Source of the DNA: Lama glama
Lineage: Eukaryota
Assembly: GCA_028534125.1 (NCBI GenBank)
Contig: CM052817.1
Location: forward strand, 81,222,001 to 81,286,000
DNA length: 64,000 bases
Direction: 5' to 3'
Position 1 is the stretch's first letter. The number at the start of each line of letters is the position of its first letter. The notes under the pieces were generated by a model, which saw only the letters and a list, made by a program, of their open reading frames with translations, searched no databases and was not told where the DNA came from. The translations under genes and the position numbers were made by a program. Of the stretch, positions 1 to 13,177 are shown piece by piece.

Positions 1-59
1 TGAGACCATAGTTTTAGTGATTTACAGTGCTTAAGAACTTATGGGAAATGTTTAAAGTT

Positions 60-158
60 TAGCTTCCTGAGCCCTAGTGTAAAAGAGACCAGTCTCCTGT
101 GTTTTAAATAAACCTTCCAGATAATTCTTTAGGTAACCAATATTTGAGAACTACTGGT
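60..158. mobile_element. MER5-like hAT-Charlie DNA transposon fragment
   Basis: tgtgttttaaataaaccttccagataattct...tttgagaactactgg resembles the MER5A terminus. Confidence 0.55.
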
Positions 159-184
159 ATAAGTAATTCTACATTATAATTTAA

Positions 185-465
185 AAAATCTGGCTTCTAG
201 TTTTGGTCCTATAGTGGCTATCTATACTTTGAGTGACCCTACATAAGTCCCTTACCTCTAGAATTTATTCCCTGTGATGCAGTAGATGCCAGACCTACCC
301 AGGAAGATAAAACAGAATTTATTTTTCTCTTATGGAGCTCTCCTCTGAACTACAAACAATACAATAATAAAGATCTTGTAGGACTTTTGCAAGATTTAAA
401 GTAATGTATTTAGAAACCTAATGTAATATCTAAGTTGTGCTCAATAAATAATGGTTATTATTATA
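185..465 (+). mobile_element. MIR SINE fragments
   Basis: gtgaccctacataagtcccttacctct and the 3' tail gtgctcaataaataatggttattatt are MIR-like. Confidence 0.5.
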
Positions 466-759
466 ATTTTAAAATTATTAATACTATTAAGAAACAGGCA
501 CTAAACTCATCTGTTATTTAAGAGTAGGCCTATGAAGTTCTAATTTGATTAAAGTATGTCTAAACAGCAGGGTCATCCTCTCTTAAATGCTCCGCTGATC
601 TTAGTTTTATCAGATGACTCACTCAGTCTAGGGTACCGTAAATGAGGGGGCATGTGATCTACTTACGGAAAGCAAAAGGGTAACCAAGAAAATGTTTGGG
701 AGAGAGACCACAGGAAATGAATGCATTTAGCCTCAAAAAGATAAAGTAAAGGGGGTATT

Positions 760-1010
760 GATCTCTGACTCTCAATTTCCTCATCTTCAAAGTTGAACTA
801 ATGATTCCTATTCTCAGGTTCATGAATCAAAAACAATTGTAACCGAATTCTGCCATGTACTAGTTGTACAGATTTGGCTCAAATAAGTTACCTCTAAAGT
901 TAAGCTTTAATTTCTTAATCTGTAAAATATTAAAAATACTGGGAAATACCTTATAGACTGTGAGACTTCTTGGTGCGTGATGCAAGCTTAGTACTTGGTG
1001 AATATTTGCT
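760..1010 (+). mobile_element. MIR SINE fragments
   Basis: MIR core-like ctcaatttcctcatct and tttcttaatctgtaaaat. Confidence 0.45.
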
Positions 1011-1027
1011 AGTGCAATGGCCTCATC

Positions 1028-1499
1028 TGTTAGTTTCCTAGGACAGCTGTAACAAAGTATCACAAGCTGGGTACCTTAAAACAACAGAAATGTATTTATT
1101 ATCTCATAGTTCTGGAAACGAAGTGTTCAAAATCAAGATGTCAGCAGGGCCGTTTTCCCTCTAAAACTCGCAGGGGAATTCTTCCTTGCCTCTTCCTGGC
1201 CTCCGGTAGCTTGCTGGCAGTCCTTGATGTTCCTTGTCTTGCAGCTGCCCAACCAGTGCCTGCTTTTCCTATCACATAGCACCCTCCCTGTATGTCTCTG
1301 TCTTCACATGGCCATCATCTTCTTATAAGGACATCAGTCATGCTGGATTAAACGTCCACCTTACCATCCAGTCTGTCTTCATAGTAACTGATTATATCTA
1401 CAACTAGTCTAAGGTCACTTTCTTAGGTACTGGAAGTTAGGGCTTCAACAAATCTTTTTTGTTGTTGCTGTTGAAGGGAACACATTTCAGTCCATAACA
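1028..1499 (-). mobile_element. MLT1 (MLT1C-like) ERVL-MaLR solo LTR
   Basis: Starts tgttagtttcctaggacagctgtaacaaagtatcacaagctggg, contains aaacaacagaaatgtatt...atagttctgga, and ends acacatttcagtccataaca; about 470 bp. Confidence 0.85.
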
Positions 1500-3557
1500 A
1501 TGCATCACTGTCTCCTTAGCCAGGGTTACAATGAGCATTATGTGAGATGACACATGACAGCACTCCATACCCCAAAATATAAATGTTCTATACAGTTGTT
1601 TTCATAAAACCTTCACAAAGATGAAGAGAAATTCTTGGAATAAAAAGGAATAGCAAGCATAAACATATTTAAACCTAACCAAAAGTAATTTAAGTGACAC
1701 TTTAGGAAAACATGGTAGCAACGATGACTTTAAGATGACAGAATATACTCTTTAGTCATCTTCTTTGAAACATGCTGCAGAATGCTGGAGTTGGGTTACG
1801 TGATTTATTCAGTGTCAGGAGATTATTTTGGTCTAGAAAGAGAGAAAATTAAGACCCTAGTACTTCAGATTGTGAAGTCCATATTTTGCCCTGAAAACTG
1901 TGTTTAATAAATAAGAAATAATATTGACGGGTAGATACCAATTATTTTTCCCCATTAGGGATGTAAACAAAATTTTCTTTTCACTGCAAAGGGTAAATGT
2001 TAGCACCTTACCTTTGTCTCTTCTATAAAAATGGGAAATCTGGTATGAAGAACCTTGCCCACAAGTCCATGATGAGTAAATAAAAAGGTTGGAATTCAAG
2101 CCTGTCATTTTGAATGAAATGTTGTCTGTTTCTCTTCGGTTGTTCATCTGTTTTTATTTGCTGCTGTTGTTTTGTTCTGTTCAGGACATTGGTAGTACTA
2201 GATGTGAAGGTCAGTAGTAGCAACAGCAGAGGACGTGACCAGGACACTCATTGTAATTGTCCGTTGGTCAGAAATCCACATGGGAAGACGAGACCATGTG
2301 TTTGTAGTTTCCTTTCTGAAGACAAATGTTTCCCATCCATCTTTTTGTTCTTACTACATTTCCTAAATTAGTATCCAATTGCCTTATGAGAAGTGGAGGT
2401 GATTCTGTGATAACAATTTGTTCCATTGAAATGATGAGACATATAGCACCAACTGTTTAAATTGTGTGCAGCAACCAATTATATATGACTTAGGATTTAC
2501 TTGAATCCAAATACAAAGTCGATGGGATATGAGCTGAAATCAGTAAACGTCAGGTGCAGATAGAGGAAACAGCATGTCAACTTAATGCTTATTCTGCTGC
2601 TTCCCTGGGGAACAATCAACCAGATTTATGTCATAATTTTACTATAGTGGGTTGACTTACAGAAGGTCTCTTCTATACCAAGACAACAACCAAAAAAATA
2701 TGCTCACCTTGGGAAAACAAAGATTTGTCTCCAGAAGCTATTTCCAGCTGGCCTTCCCTTACCAAATCCCAGTGATTGGACCAAAGACATGTGTTACGTG
2801 CTAAAATCTAGCAGAAATACAAACTCTCAAAGTAACATCTGCAGAGAAATTACAAGCCAACATAAAACCATGTTCATTGTCATTGAAATGGTGAGGCTTG
2901 CATCCTTTTGAATTTTTCTGCTTCAGTGGATATTCTTTATTTGTAACCTCTCCAAGGCATATTCTTTGGAACACGAAAGGATGACTCATATTCTTTTTTT
3001 TGTTGTTGTTGTTCTCATGAATTCTCTGTTAGGTGTTAAAGTCTAAAGTTCTACAATGATGCTTTATTTTCTTTTACATCCACTTACCCAAACCTCCATT
3101 TCCAAAAGAGAGCAGCTGGAAAATTTATACACTACACATTTTTTTACATTCCTGAAGAATTGATTATGAAAACACTGATTGGATTTCTTCAGGTCAATGT
3201 GATATATTTGACTATATGATTCAAGTAATTATGCTTGGCTAAAATGTCAAAGATTAAAAGATGTAACCTAGGAAGCCTTAGTTTAGAAGAATTGTCCAGT
3301 CCTGTAGACCTAGTTGACTGTCTTTTCTTCAGATGGGTTTCACCAGAGTTATTCCATTTGACTTACTTCAGTTTATTTAAAAAGTGTGGACTTTGTGCTT
3401 ACTAGGTACCAGGAGCTATGAGGACTACAAAGGAAGTAGAAGTCATGGTCTCAGTCTTAATAAGCTTAATTTTTAAAATTGAAGTATAGTTGATTTAGTA
3501 TAGTTGTGTTAGTTTCAGATGTACAGCAAAGTGATCCAGTTGTGTGTATATGTATTT

Positions 3558-3583
3558 ATGTGTGTGTGTGTGTGTGTGTGTGT
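3558..3583. repeat. (TG)n microsatellite
   Basis: Read directly; lies inside the L1 3'UTR. Confidence 0.95.
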
Positions 3584-3937
3584 ATCACATTCTTTCTATT
3601 AGGAGTTACTATAAGATATTGAATATAGTTCCCTGTGCTATACAGTAGGTCCTTGTTGTTTCTCTAGTTTACATATAGCCATGTGTATCTGTTAATCCCA
3701 AACTCCTAATTTATCCCTTCCTTTTCTTTCCCTTGTGATAATTATAAGTTTGTTTTCTATGTCTGTGAGCGTATTTCTGTTTTGTAAATAAGTTCATTTG
3801 TATCATTTCCTTAGATTCCACATATGAGTGATATCATATGATACTTTTTTTTTCTGCCTAACTTACTTCACTTAGTATAATAATTTCTAAATATGATAGG
3901 TCCATCCATGTTTCTGCAAATGGCATTTTTTCATTCC

Positions 3938-3955
3938 TATATCTATATCTATCTG

Positions 3956-4002
<47 letters not shown>
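3938..4002. repeat. (ATCT)n tetranucleotide microsatellite
   Basis: Read directly; lies inside the L1. Confidence 0.95.
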
Positions 4003-5146
4003 CATATCTTTTTTATCCATTCATCTGTCAATGAACATTTAGGTTGTTTCCATGTCCTGACTATTTTAAATAGTGCTATTATGAACATTGAGGTGCATGT
4101 ATCTTTTAGAATTAGAGTTTTTGTCTAGGAAATTTAAAGTTTTATAATGGATATTTTCTTTTTAGTCAAGATGTGTAAATATCTTGAAACAAACAAAAAA
4201 CAATTTAAACTCTTATGAATATCAAACCTCAATGATGAAATGCCAAATGCATGATATAGAAAATAAATACAAAAGAAGACTGATATTCCTTAGTTCTAAT
4301 CCAAAACTTCAGTGGTTTGAGTCCATTTTTATGTTCTCAAATGAGATGTGAAACATATTCTATATAATTCATTAGTTATCTTTACTCAGAATGCTTCTTT
4401 TGCTAAATATTTGATTTATAAACTTATTTGGGAAAAAGAAATCTTCAATGCTGAGCAAGATAAAAGACGTTTTAGCACTACACTGAAAAACAAAAAAGAT
4501 TTTTTGTCTCCACTTCATACCTGTATATAATTTATAAGAGAGAAAGGAAGAACACAGACAGGTTTAAATGAATCTTCTTGAATCTGTAATATTTATTGTT
4601 TTAAGGCTTTCTTCTGGGTTTTCACTTTTCATTGCAAAGGACAAACCCAAGATATAAACTATCTATTTCTTCTAGACACATCTTATAATGCTAGTAATTA
4701 AGTCTAATTCCTGGTAGAAGGGAATTGCTAGAGGTTGATTTGAGAGGTGGCAGGGAAGCAATTTAGTCTCTGGCTGTTTTTCTCATGAAGACTCATATTT
4801 CCTTTCAAAATTATCTACAAACTTTAGACATTTGTTTAGCTTCACCATCCTCAGCGTTCTGTTTTATTCAGTCTCACTCAAGTCCAAAGTCAACCTCTTC
4901 TATTGTGCTTGGTTCTTGTCAGATAAGAATGACAAGTAAGGAAAGGTTTAATCTCTAGACTTCAAATCTCTTTTTTCCATAAACACATACACACATCACT
5001 TACATCCCAAGGGATGATTTTAGTACTTAATTCCTCAATTTCCCTCTTATATCACTCCTGAAACCTTCCCTAAGGAAAAGAGCTGATAAATTTACTTCCA
5101 ATAATATATTATTGACTGAAAAATCCAAATTCCTACTATTCAATCA

Positions 5147-5280
5147 TTAGATTTGAATGATGCTTCTTAGAACAGGGACCTTGTCTGTTTTACTCACTGC
5201 TACATCTTCAGTGTCTAGGGCAGTGGCTGGTGTATAATAGATGCTCAATAAATGTTTGTTGAATGAATGCATGCATTGAA
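5147..5280 (+). mobile_element. L2 3' end
   Basis: cagggaccttgtctgttttactcactgct...tagatgctcaataaatgtttgttgaatgaatg is the canonical L2 tail. Confidence 0.85.
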
Positions 5281-6126
5281 GAGAAAGTCTTCAGCCAAAG
5301 GGACTGAACAACTGCAGACATCAGGGGAAAATGTCTAATTTCTTTCTTTTTGTTGTCCTGAAATACCTCTCCCAAAGCTGCTTCCAGTTTTACACAGGGC
5401 CACACACACACATAGTGTCCTTCCCTACCAGCTGCCTACCGCTCCTTCCCCATCCTGACAGTAAAGAGTAGAAATCTTAACCTCTACCCTGAATCTATAC
5501 GCAAACATCAGAAAACCCTCCGGGAATACTAGAAATGCCTGTTAGGTGAGTCTTGGCAAAGATTGAATTGCTAATCCTCTGAGTTCTGCAGCCCCACCAA
5601 GCCTTACAACTGCTGAGGGCAGCACAGAAGAAACCCCTTCAGGGCATGTGACGTTGTTACAGGAAAAGCATCTCTGTGGCCCTCTTAGGAGCACCTGTCA
5701 GGGTCTTCAAAGTACTTAATTAAGGGCAATGCAAAGGGACCACACTGAGGCAGAGAATGAGGGTTTAAGTGTGTTTTTTGTGCCACTGGTTCTTGACTCC
5801 TGAATCAAAATAGCCCAAGGTTAGGAGGTATCAAAAAATCTCTCGGTGTTAATCCAAACAGGCCGTTTGAGAGGAACCATTGCCTTTGTGAATAAGTAGC
5901 AGCAAACAGTCACAGGACAGGAGGGCCCTCACAAGCTCACAAAGCAGTCCTTTATTTTCCTACTGCTTTCTGGGACTGAATCCCCCTTCCTGCACCACCG
6001 CGGGACCTCCAGGAAACAGAGATACTAACATTAAAGTTCAGGGTTTTCTGGCTCAGATTACAGTCATGAAAGCCAGGTTTTCTGTTTCATAACAAATTCT
6101 AATCTTGAGTGTCTATTCATCTTAAT

Positions 6127-6136
6127 ACACACACAC

Positions 6137-6179
<43 letters not shown>
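6127..6179. repeat. (CA)n microsatellite
   Basis: About 26 CA units with one CG interruption. Confidence 0.95.
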
Positions 6180-6180
<1 letters not shown>

Positions 6181-6969
6181 TAGTGAGCCTGTAGAGTTAA
6201 GCCTTCTGCCCAAGCAAGCTTTCAGTCGGTCACTGACACTCCTCACCCCCATCCTCTCTGTTGGATGAGAACTGACAGCAGGAGCTCTTAAATGAAACCA
6301 GTTCACACACACAGTGGAAAGCCTTGAAGTCCCCGAGTGTCTATGTCCACTTTTGTCAAGGGGAACACAGCGTGTTTGTAAACATGTGGCATGAAAAAAA
6401 GGTCCTGGCCAGGACAGCAAGCCCATGGCCACTGATTTCCCGTTTGTCTCTGATGGTGTGTTACCCCAGCGACTGATGGGGGAAACACTCTCTGAGAGAA
6501 CAACTAGCACTCCTTTTCCTATTTATAAGTTCTGCGTTTGGCAAGTAAGATAAAATTTTAAAACCTTCTAAATGCTTCTTAGTAGAAATTTTGTATGCCC
6601 CTGTTCTTGTCTTCATTCACTTCCCTCCTTCCTTCTCTCTCTAGAAAGGAGGGAAAAAGAGATAGTGATGGAGAGAGAGAAGGAGTTGGGGGTGAGGGGG
6701 GAGAGTTGGTGGGGAAGAGAGAGAATTCTTGGAATTCTTCTTCCATATTTTGATCTGCTAAAAACTATACTGCACTGGGTTTACATAGGAGACACTTTGG
6801 GAAAAGCTCATGCAGCACCTGCAGAGCTTCATGAATAAGCTCCACCTCCATAGCATAGAGTGGCCCTGCTGGGTGAGTCCATGGACCTTGGATGTCTTTT
6901 ATTTGTCCTAGAGACAGATAGAAATGAATTGGCACATGCTGCATAGGAAGTACTGTTGGACATGTACGT

Positions 6970-7115
6970 TATTTTACCCTCTTTGAAGTATGGTTGAACC
7001 CACCCAGAAACAGAAAATGAAGAGATGAGGTGAGGTAACTTCTTGCCCTTGGTCAGACTGTCAGATTCAGGGCCTGGTCTGTGGATTCCAAACACAGTCC
7101 CCATACTATAAAGTC
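6970..7115 (-). mobile_element. MIR fragment
   Basis: gaggtgaggtaacttcttgccc...ggtctgtggattccaaa. Confidence 0.45.
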
Positions 7116-7269
7116 TCTCCATACTGAGATGCCTAGTCCCTGAAGTAGAGCAGAAATAAGGTAACAGGGACTTTAAAGAGGATATATCAAAATAAGGAAA
7201 TTATCACTGAGAAAACTGAGCATTTAACTACTTAACTGTCTTGTTCACTGCTTATAGGATTTTTTTTCT

Positions 7270-7540
7270 CATTTTTTCTTGCTTTAATTTTTATTGTGGA
7301 AAATTTTAAACATACAAAATCAGAGACAGCAGAATAATAAATGCTATGTACCCACCTTTAATGAGGACCAGCTTATGGGCAAAATCCCATACACAGTATT
7401 ATTTATATTAGTATATATTATATTATAATACATTATACTCTTAGTATATATAACATTATATTATAATATTATCTGTTATGTATTATACTATATTTCAGTG
7501 TTTATCTCTGAAAGATAAGGACTCTTTAAAAATATCGTTA
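7270..7540 (-). mobile_element. old L1 (L1MC/ME-like) 3' fragment
   Basis: ttttattgtggaaaattttaaacatacaaaa...tatttcagtgtttatctctgaaagataaggactc. Confidence 0.55.
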
Positions 7541-7623
7541 CAAAATTTGGGTAAATTTTAACAAGAAGCAAGAAATCTGCTCTTTTGATGAGAAGCAAGA
7601 AAAAAAAAATTAGTCACAGTGTG

Positions 7624-7662
7624 ATGGATAATAATGACCTTTGAAAGGTCATTATTATCCAT
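7624..7662. repeat. perfect inverted repeat, 19-bp arms, 1-nt spacer
   Basis: ATGGATAATAATGACCTTT-G-AAAGGTCATTATTATCCAT; the arms are exact reverse complements. Confidence 0.97.
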
Positions 7663-8589
7663 ATATATTAGTGTAAAATGGAAAGAATATTCAGTAAAAA
7701 TAATCATATGATATTTTTTCACTTTCACTTTTTATTGAAGAATAGTTGACTTACAATGTTAGTTTCAGATGTACTCATTTTTATGTTTATATTCATGGTC
7801 ACACAAAACAATGAAAAAATTCTTATTTTGGAGTAGTGATTTCCAAGCTACTGTGTCATTAAATATTTTACATTCTCCATCTCACAGCAGCCATTACAAA
7901 CAAATGGCAGCCCAAAAGATTTTTACCTACATACCAATTTCCTCTTAGTATATGTCGTCTCTTTGTCAGAAGTCCTCAAACAATATTGCCTGATACATTT
8001 GGGCCTTTGATAGCTGCTGTCTGTACATTTTTTTTTTAACCATCAAAAGATTACCTTAATATTCTGAAAAGTGCTCAGATTTATCATTATGCTGGTCAAA
8101 TGCTTAAACATTTTATTAATTAATGGGCCATTTCCTCCACAATCTCAGCTGTAGGTAATGCCTTTTACATTTTTTAAATTATTAAAAATTTAATTTGGGG
8201 GATCTACTGTTATGTTAGGATCCACTCAGTTTTTTTTAAAAATTTCTATTCCTTCATAAAAATCTTTTCTTTAGTATTAACACTGCCATTCATACTTCAT
8301 ATTGCTACAATACATGTTATTACAATCAACTCACATCATTAATAATTTATTACATAACTAAAGGATGTCTATCAAGATGTGTCTTAATTTCTACCCATAT
8401 TAGTACTCTAAATTTTTCATAAATCTGTAGCTTCATTAGTTTTTTAAATTTAGCAGAGACATATTTACCGTGATTTAGCCTTTCACTTACACAGGCTCCT
8501 TCCCAGAAGGATTCCTAGAAACATTCACAAAGTCATAATAAGTTTTGTGATATTTGCAATAGTAAGACATTTCAACCACAGTTAATTAA

Positions 8590-9545
8590 GACTACCGTCT
8601 CCTTCCATCCCAACTTTTCCCCTAATGTCAGGCAATGATGGAGTGGCCACAAACATATTTGGAATCTGGCTAAAGAAAAGTTACCTTGAGGATACTTTGA
8701 GTTTGGGTTTAGTGGGATATATTTATGTGGTTTGTGGTCACTTAAGTATGCAGATAAATGATTACTAACTGCCTGGATGCAGAGATAACTTCCAGGAATC
8801 CTCTTAATGCTCCTTGACTCAAAGGAACAGACTTAGAGGTCCTTTGATTGTGGTCAGTTCAAAAAGCATTGTGACTACATTGCTCATGGAAACTTGAAAT
8901 GCCTTAATCATACGGTCTTATATGAAAGACACTGGGTAGAGATTTCCACCTATACTTGACAGCAATTCTTTATAACATTATTAATAGTGATTTATGAGGC
9001 TAAGTGAAACATTTTAAACTATCAAAAAATACATCTTCAAGTGTACCAAATCAAAGACTAAATTATCTCCCTGATCTCTCTAGAAAATATTACAAAGTTA
9101 TTGTCATATAAAGAGTAAATAAAAAAATTAGAGACAGTCAATAAATTAATACAACTATTATGCTTTTTCAGCATTTTGATGCTTATTGTATTTGTAATCT
9201 TGGAAAAATTTGGACCTTATTGAGACTTTTCGTATTCTCAGTAAATATTTATATATAGCTAATTTTGCATTTGCAAGTTTGTTATCTTTCTTTGAGACAT
9301 CTCCAGTTTCCATACTTGCAGAAAAACTGGATTCAACCCTCCATGACAGAAAACCAAAACAATTCAACTTATTTTCCTAAGAAGATTACATATTTATTTC
9401 AAATTAAAATTTTAAAGTTTTGCTTAAATTTTTCCTTCTTTATTTTAGTAGATTTTTATCAAGATGAAGGACATTCATATAGTTGCTCTTTATATGGCGA
9501 TTCTGATATGTTGCTTCATAGCCTCTCAAACTAAATCCAAGCAAA
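8590..9545 (+). mobile_element. Zaphod-like hAT-Tip100 DNA transposon remnant
   Basis: Broken frames at 8970-9115 read ITLLIVIYEAK*N, QRLNYLPDLS and ITKLLSYKE, like the hAT C-terminal dimerisation motif (TLPITSCEAERNF...ERLNYLSILS). Outer boundaries are approximate. Confidence 0.6.
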
Positions 9546-11782
9546 TGGTTTACAATTTTTCTAAAACTCAGTTTTGCTATCTGTTAAATGGGTAATGAAT
9601 TAGACAGCCTACTTTCTCTTCCCTCTGGTCTCTTTGGTTATGCATTTTGCGAAGTGAGAATAAAGACAAATAAACACACATCACAAATAATATATGGTGT
9701 ATGTTATAATATACATTAACTTAGGACAGGTTTCCAATTTCTCTGTGGTTTAACTTCTCCAAAATAATGTGAGACAATTGAAATATGCCTCACAGGGAAG
9801 CTTAGAGGGTTAGTAACATGATACTAATATAAAGGCTTAGAAGAAAAGTGGCCCCTAAGAGTGAGGCAGAATTATGCATCATGTGTCCCCAGCAAATTGG
9901 ATTATTTCAGAATGGCTATAGGCCCTTAGTTTCATGAATAATCCTTTAAAAGCAAAGAGATAAACCGTGGAGGTTAAGTTACTGCTTGATGAAATCCTTG
10001 AAATGACCAGATTTGGAATTCAGACTCTGTTGTACGTCAGAGATATGAAACATCTACAACTACTGTTTCTTGTACTTGTCCAGAATATTGTCTTATTATT
10101 CTCTCTCCTCTCTCCGTAAACTGGAGTTTATTAGGCAAAGCAGCTTTTTACATATGTTCTACAGTCATATACAGTGGCTGTCACTGGATAAAAGGGGTGA
10201 ATACGTTTCCATGCACCACTGGTCACGGCCTTAAATTCTTAGTCATTTCTGTTTCTTTCCTATTCATCCAGTATCTCTGATAAAATAATAAAACGCAGCA
10301 GTTACCATTTTAAACATTTACTCATGTTGCTCATGTGTTATAAAATGATAATACTGAGAACAAATTTCGAAGAAGTAACCTTTTTTAGTACACTTTAGTT
10401 TTTACCAACCATTGCAAATTTAAGTTGTGTTCTAACTCGTTCAAGGCATTTTCCAAAATTCAGAGTCACTCAGTGACTCTCTGTGGACTCCCAGCGCTAG
10501 TGCTTCGGTGCTGAAAACAGCCTCAATATATGTAGCCCTCAGAGAAAGGGCTCTTTAAATTTATCTGGGAGAAAAGTGTTTATTCCTTTATAAATACTGC
10601 TCACAGCTGATTAGGGACAAAGTATTAAGATGCCTTTTGAGGACTTCTGATTAGCTCTCAGTTCACCCAGACTAGGTTTCCTAATTTTTACAGCTTTCTG
10701 CTCCAAGTGGCCTCAGGTAGGAGAAAAATATTCACCTCAGTTTATAGATCTTTTCAGGAGGCAATATCACATTCCAGATCTGCTCAAACCTCTAAAAGGG
10801 TCTCTTTCTGGTAAAAAGTGTTTGTTTTCTTTAATTTCTCTACTTTTCTAAGAGATTCCTATCCTTTAAAATGACCAACTGGCATAAAAGTTAATATATA
10901 CTAAAGTACTTTCTTTTATAAGTTCTTCAGGCTTCTGCTGTTTCATAACTATTCCTTTCCAGAACCTTCTGGCACCAATTTACTTCTTAAAGGAACCTTA
11001 GATTTTTATCATAGCTTTTCTTTTAAAAATGACTTGAACCGCAAACTCGTTTTGAAGAGTTTATAGAAGTTTCCTCACTTAGCTGAAGAGCCCATAGTCT
11101 AAACAAAAACTCAGATACAAAGGCTCTCTTGATAACCAGAAAAATGATATTGCTGGAAATTGTTCAGATTCTACTGATAACTGCAATCCAGTCCCAGCAA
11201 CATAAAATGAATATTTGTGCGGATATTCTGTTATGAAAACAGGTTTCCTTTGGTTTTGTCTGGTAATTATGTATTGTTTTGGCAGTGCTTGGTAAAAGAA
11301 ACACAGCTACATGTCTGGATATAATTTTTCTTAGATGTAAATTTCTCTTCTGTTATTTCCCTTACCTCCCATTTGCAATTCTGTGTTGCTTTATGGAGCA
11401 TCTGTGACACTGTTAGCTTTATTTCTCTAAACAAATAGGGTCATTTACTCAAGTTCTGCTCCAATAGCTTGAAAAGTTCCCATTAAAAACCCAGGTATCT
11501 TCCTAATTAAAGCAAATACTGAACTCTTAAAGGCCCATTGGAAAATTCCGCTGATGTTTGACACTGTGGGCAAATCAGCACTGAGGGCTTCTGCTTAAGC
11601 TTCTTTAAACCACAAAGGCATTTCTTAGAATGTGAGCCAGGTACTTAACTGGTGTAACTTTTCCAAAGAATTCCAGAAGTAACTCTTAGCTTCTTGAGTT
11701 AATGGATCAAAAGCTGTAAATAAGACCTTATCTTAGGAAATTATCTCTGGAAGAAGCTTACTGCACAATATTTTGTTGAATG

Positions 11783-11818
11783 CATACATACATACATACA
11801 TACATACATACATACATA
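11783..11818. repeat. (CATA)n microsatellite
   Basis: Nine CATA units read directly. Confidence 0.95.
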
Positions 11819-12304
11819 GTTTCGAGGAAAAACCATCCTTAATTAGAACAGAATACCCTTAGTGTGGGTATTAAAAATAGTCTAACCTGAAACTCTTAAA
11901 GAAGCAAAATCCAAACTGGTATATTTGTATTGATTTAAGTATACATGACCTCTGCAATAATCCTAGTTAAACGCCCCTTAATGGAGACAGCCAATTGCTT
12001 TTGAATCACCTCTTCACTGAAGGTAATTATGAATAATGCCAGACATGTGTTTCTCTTCAGGATGTTAACAAAAATTCCAGATTCAAAATATGTGAAAAGA
12101 GGTATGAGACGTGTCTCCTTTGGAGCTGTTCCTGCAGGCAAGCCCACATTTTATTGCTTTTGCTCTACCGGGCAGAGCCATGCTTCACACAGAGGCGGCT
12201 GATGTTTGTGTACCATTCCCACAGCCTCCTCTTGTCTCAGTGTTCTGAGTTTTTCCTCATACCAATCCACAAGTTATCATTTGAACATGTGAACTTGGTT
12301 GGAA

Positions 12305-12780
12305 AAAATCTTCAAGTGCTCTCAATTTCTTATAGAAGAAAATTCAGAAGTCTGCAACCTGGTTTACAAATCCTGATCTGGTTTGGCTCTTTCCTGACCG
12401 GTCTGTCCCCGAGTGTTCTGCCCTTCTCCTCGTACCCCAGGGCCTTACCCTGTCTAAACACACCCTGCTCTCTCCAATGCCTGCCCTTGACTCAAGCTGT
12501 TCTTACTGTCTGAAAGGGCTTTTATTCCATGGATACCCTTCAGATATCGGTTCATGCAACACCTTCCCCAAAGACACCTTCTCAAATACCCCTATGCACA
12601 AAGAATCTCCCTCCTTCACATCTTACGGCATTTATAACTGGTATGTATTTATAAAACCTATTGCATGACGCCCTATGTGGGTGTTTGAATGTGTTTCAGT
12701 CTTCACCACTGCATCATAATCTAGACACAGAGTTCTATATTTTAACCACATTTATAGGACCTTTTATGACTTCCTCTCAC
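12305..12780 (+). mobile_element. L2 fragment
   Basis: aaatcttcaagtgctctcaatttcttatagaagaaaattcaga...gctgttcttactgtctgaaa...tacccttcagatatcggttc follows the L2 3' region. Confidence 0.65.
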
Positions 12781-13177
12781 TACTTACCCATCCGTGGCCT
12801 CAAAAGGAGCTTTGCATCTTAAAAGTATTTGCTCCTGAGTTGAATTATCATTGCATAGCTGCTTCTGACAGTAGCTTTTTATGTATCAATTAAGAAGTTA
12901 GTTTAGAGTACTCAAATACATAAGGAATACTTTGATTAATAAAAAAGCATGTCGGTGAAGAATACACTTGGCAAAATTTTCTACTCTCATCTGATTCACT
13001 ATAAAATACAGAAGCATTCCCTCGAATATTGAAGACCTGATTGCTGGGAATACTTTGTGCTGATATATGTAAATGTCATCTTTCTTCAATTTATGCTTTT
13101 TTCAAAATAACAATTAAAATAATTGTAACAAAAATGTGTACACGGGCAATACCAAAAAAAAAAAAGTCATAAAAAAG

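Larger units (their letters stand above)
3469..4127 (-). mobile_element. 5'-truncated L1 3' end (artiodactyl-type)
   Basis: ttgaagtatagttgattt...atattgaatatagttccctgtgctatacagtaggtccttgttg...tagattccacatatgagtgatatcata...tatccattcatctgtcaatgaacatttaggttgtttccatgtc is an antisense L1 3'UTR and ORF2 end. Confidence 0.9.

Noticed and set aside
6064..6510. 148-aa minus-strand ORF
   Set aside because: It includes a VC run from the (CA)n tract and has no recognisable domain.
10462..10480. Palindrome agagtcact-c-agtgactct
   Set aside because: 9-bp arms are near chance expectation in 64 kb.
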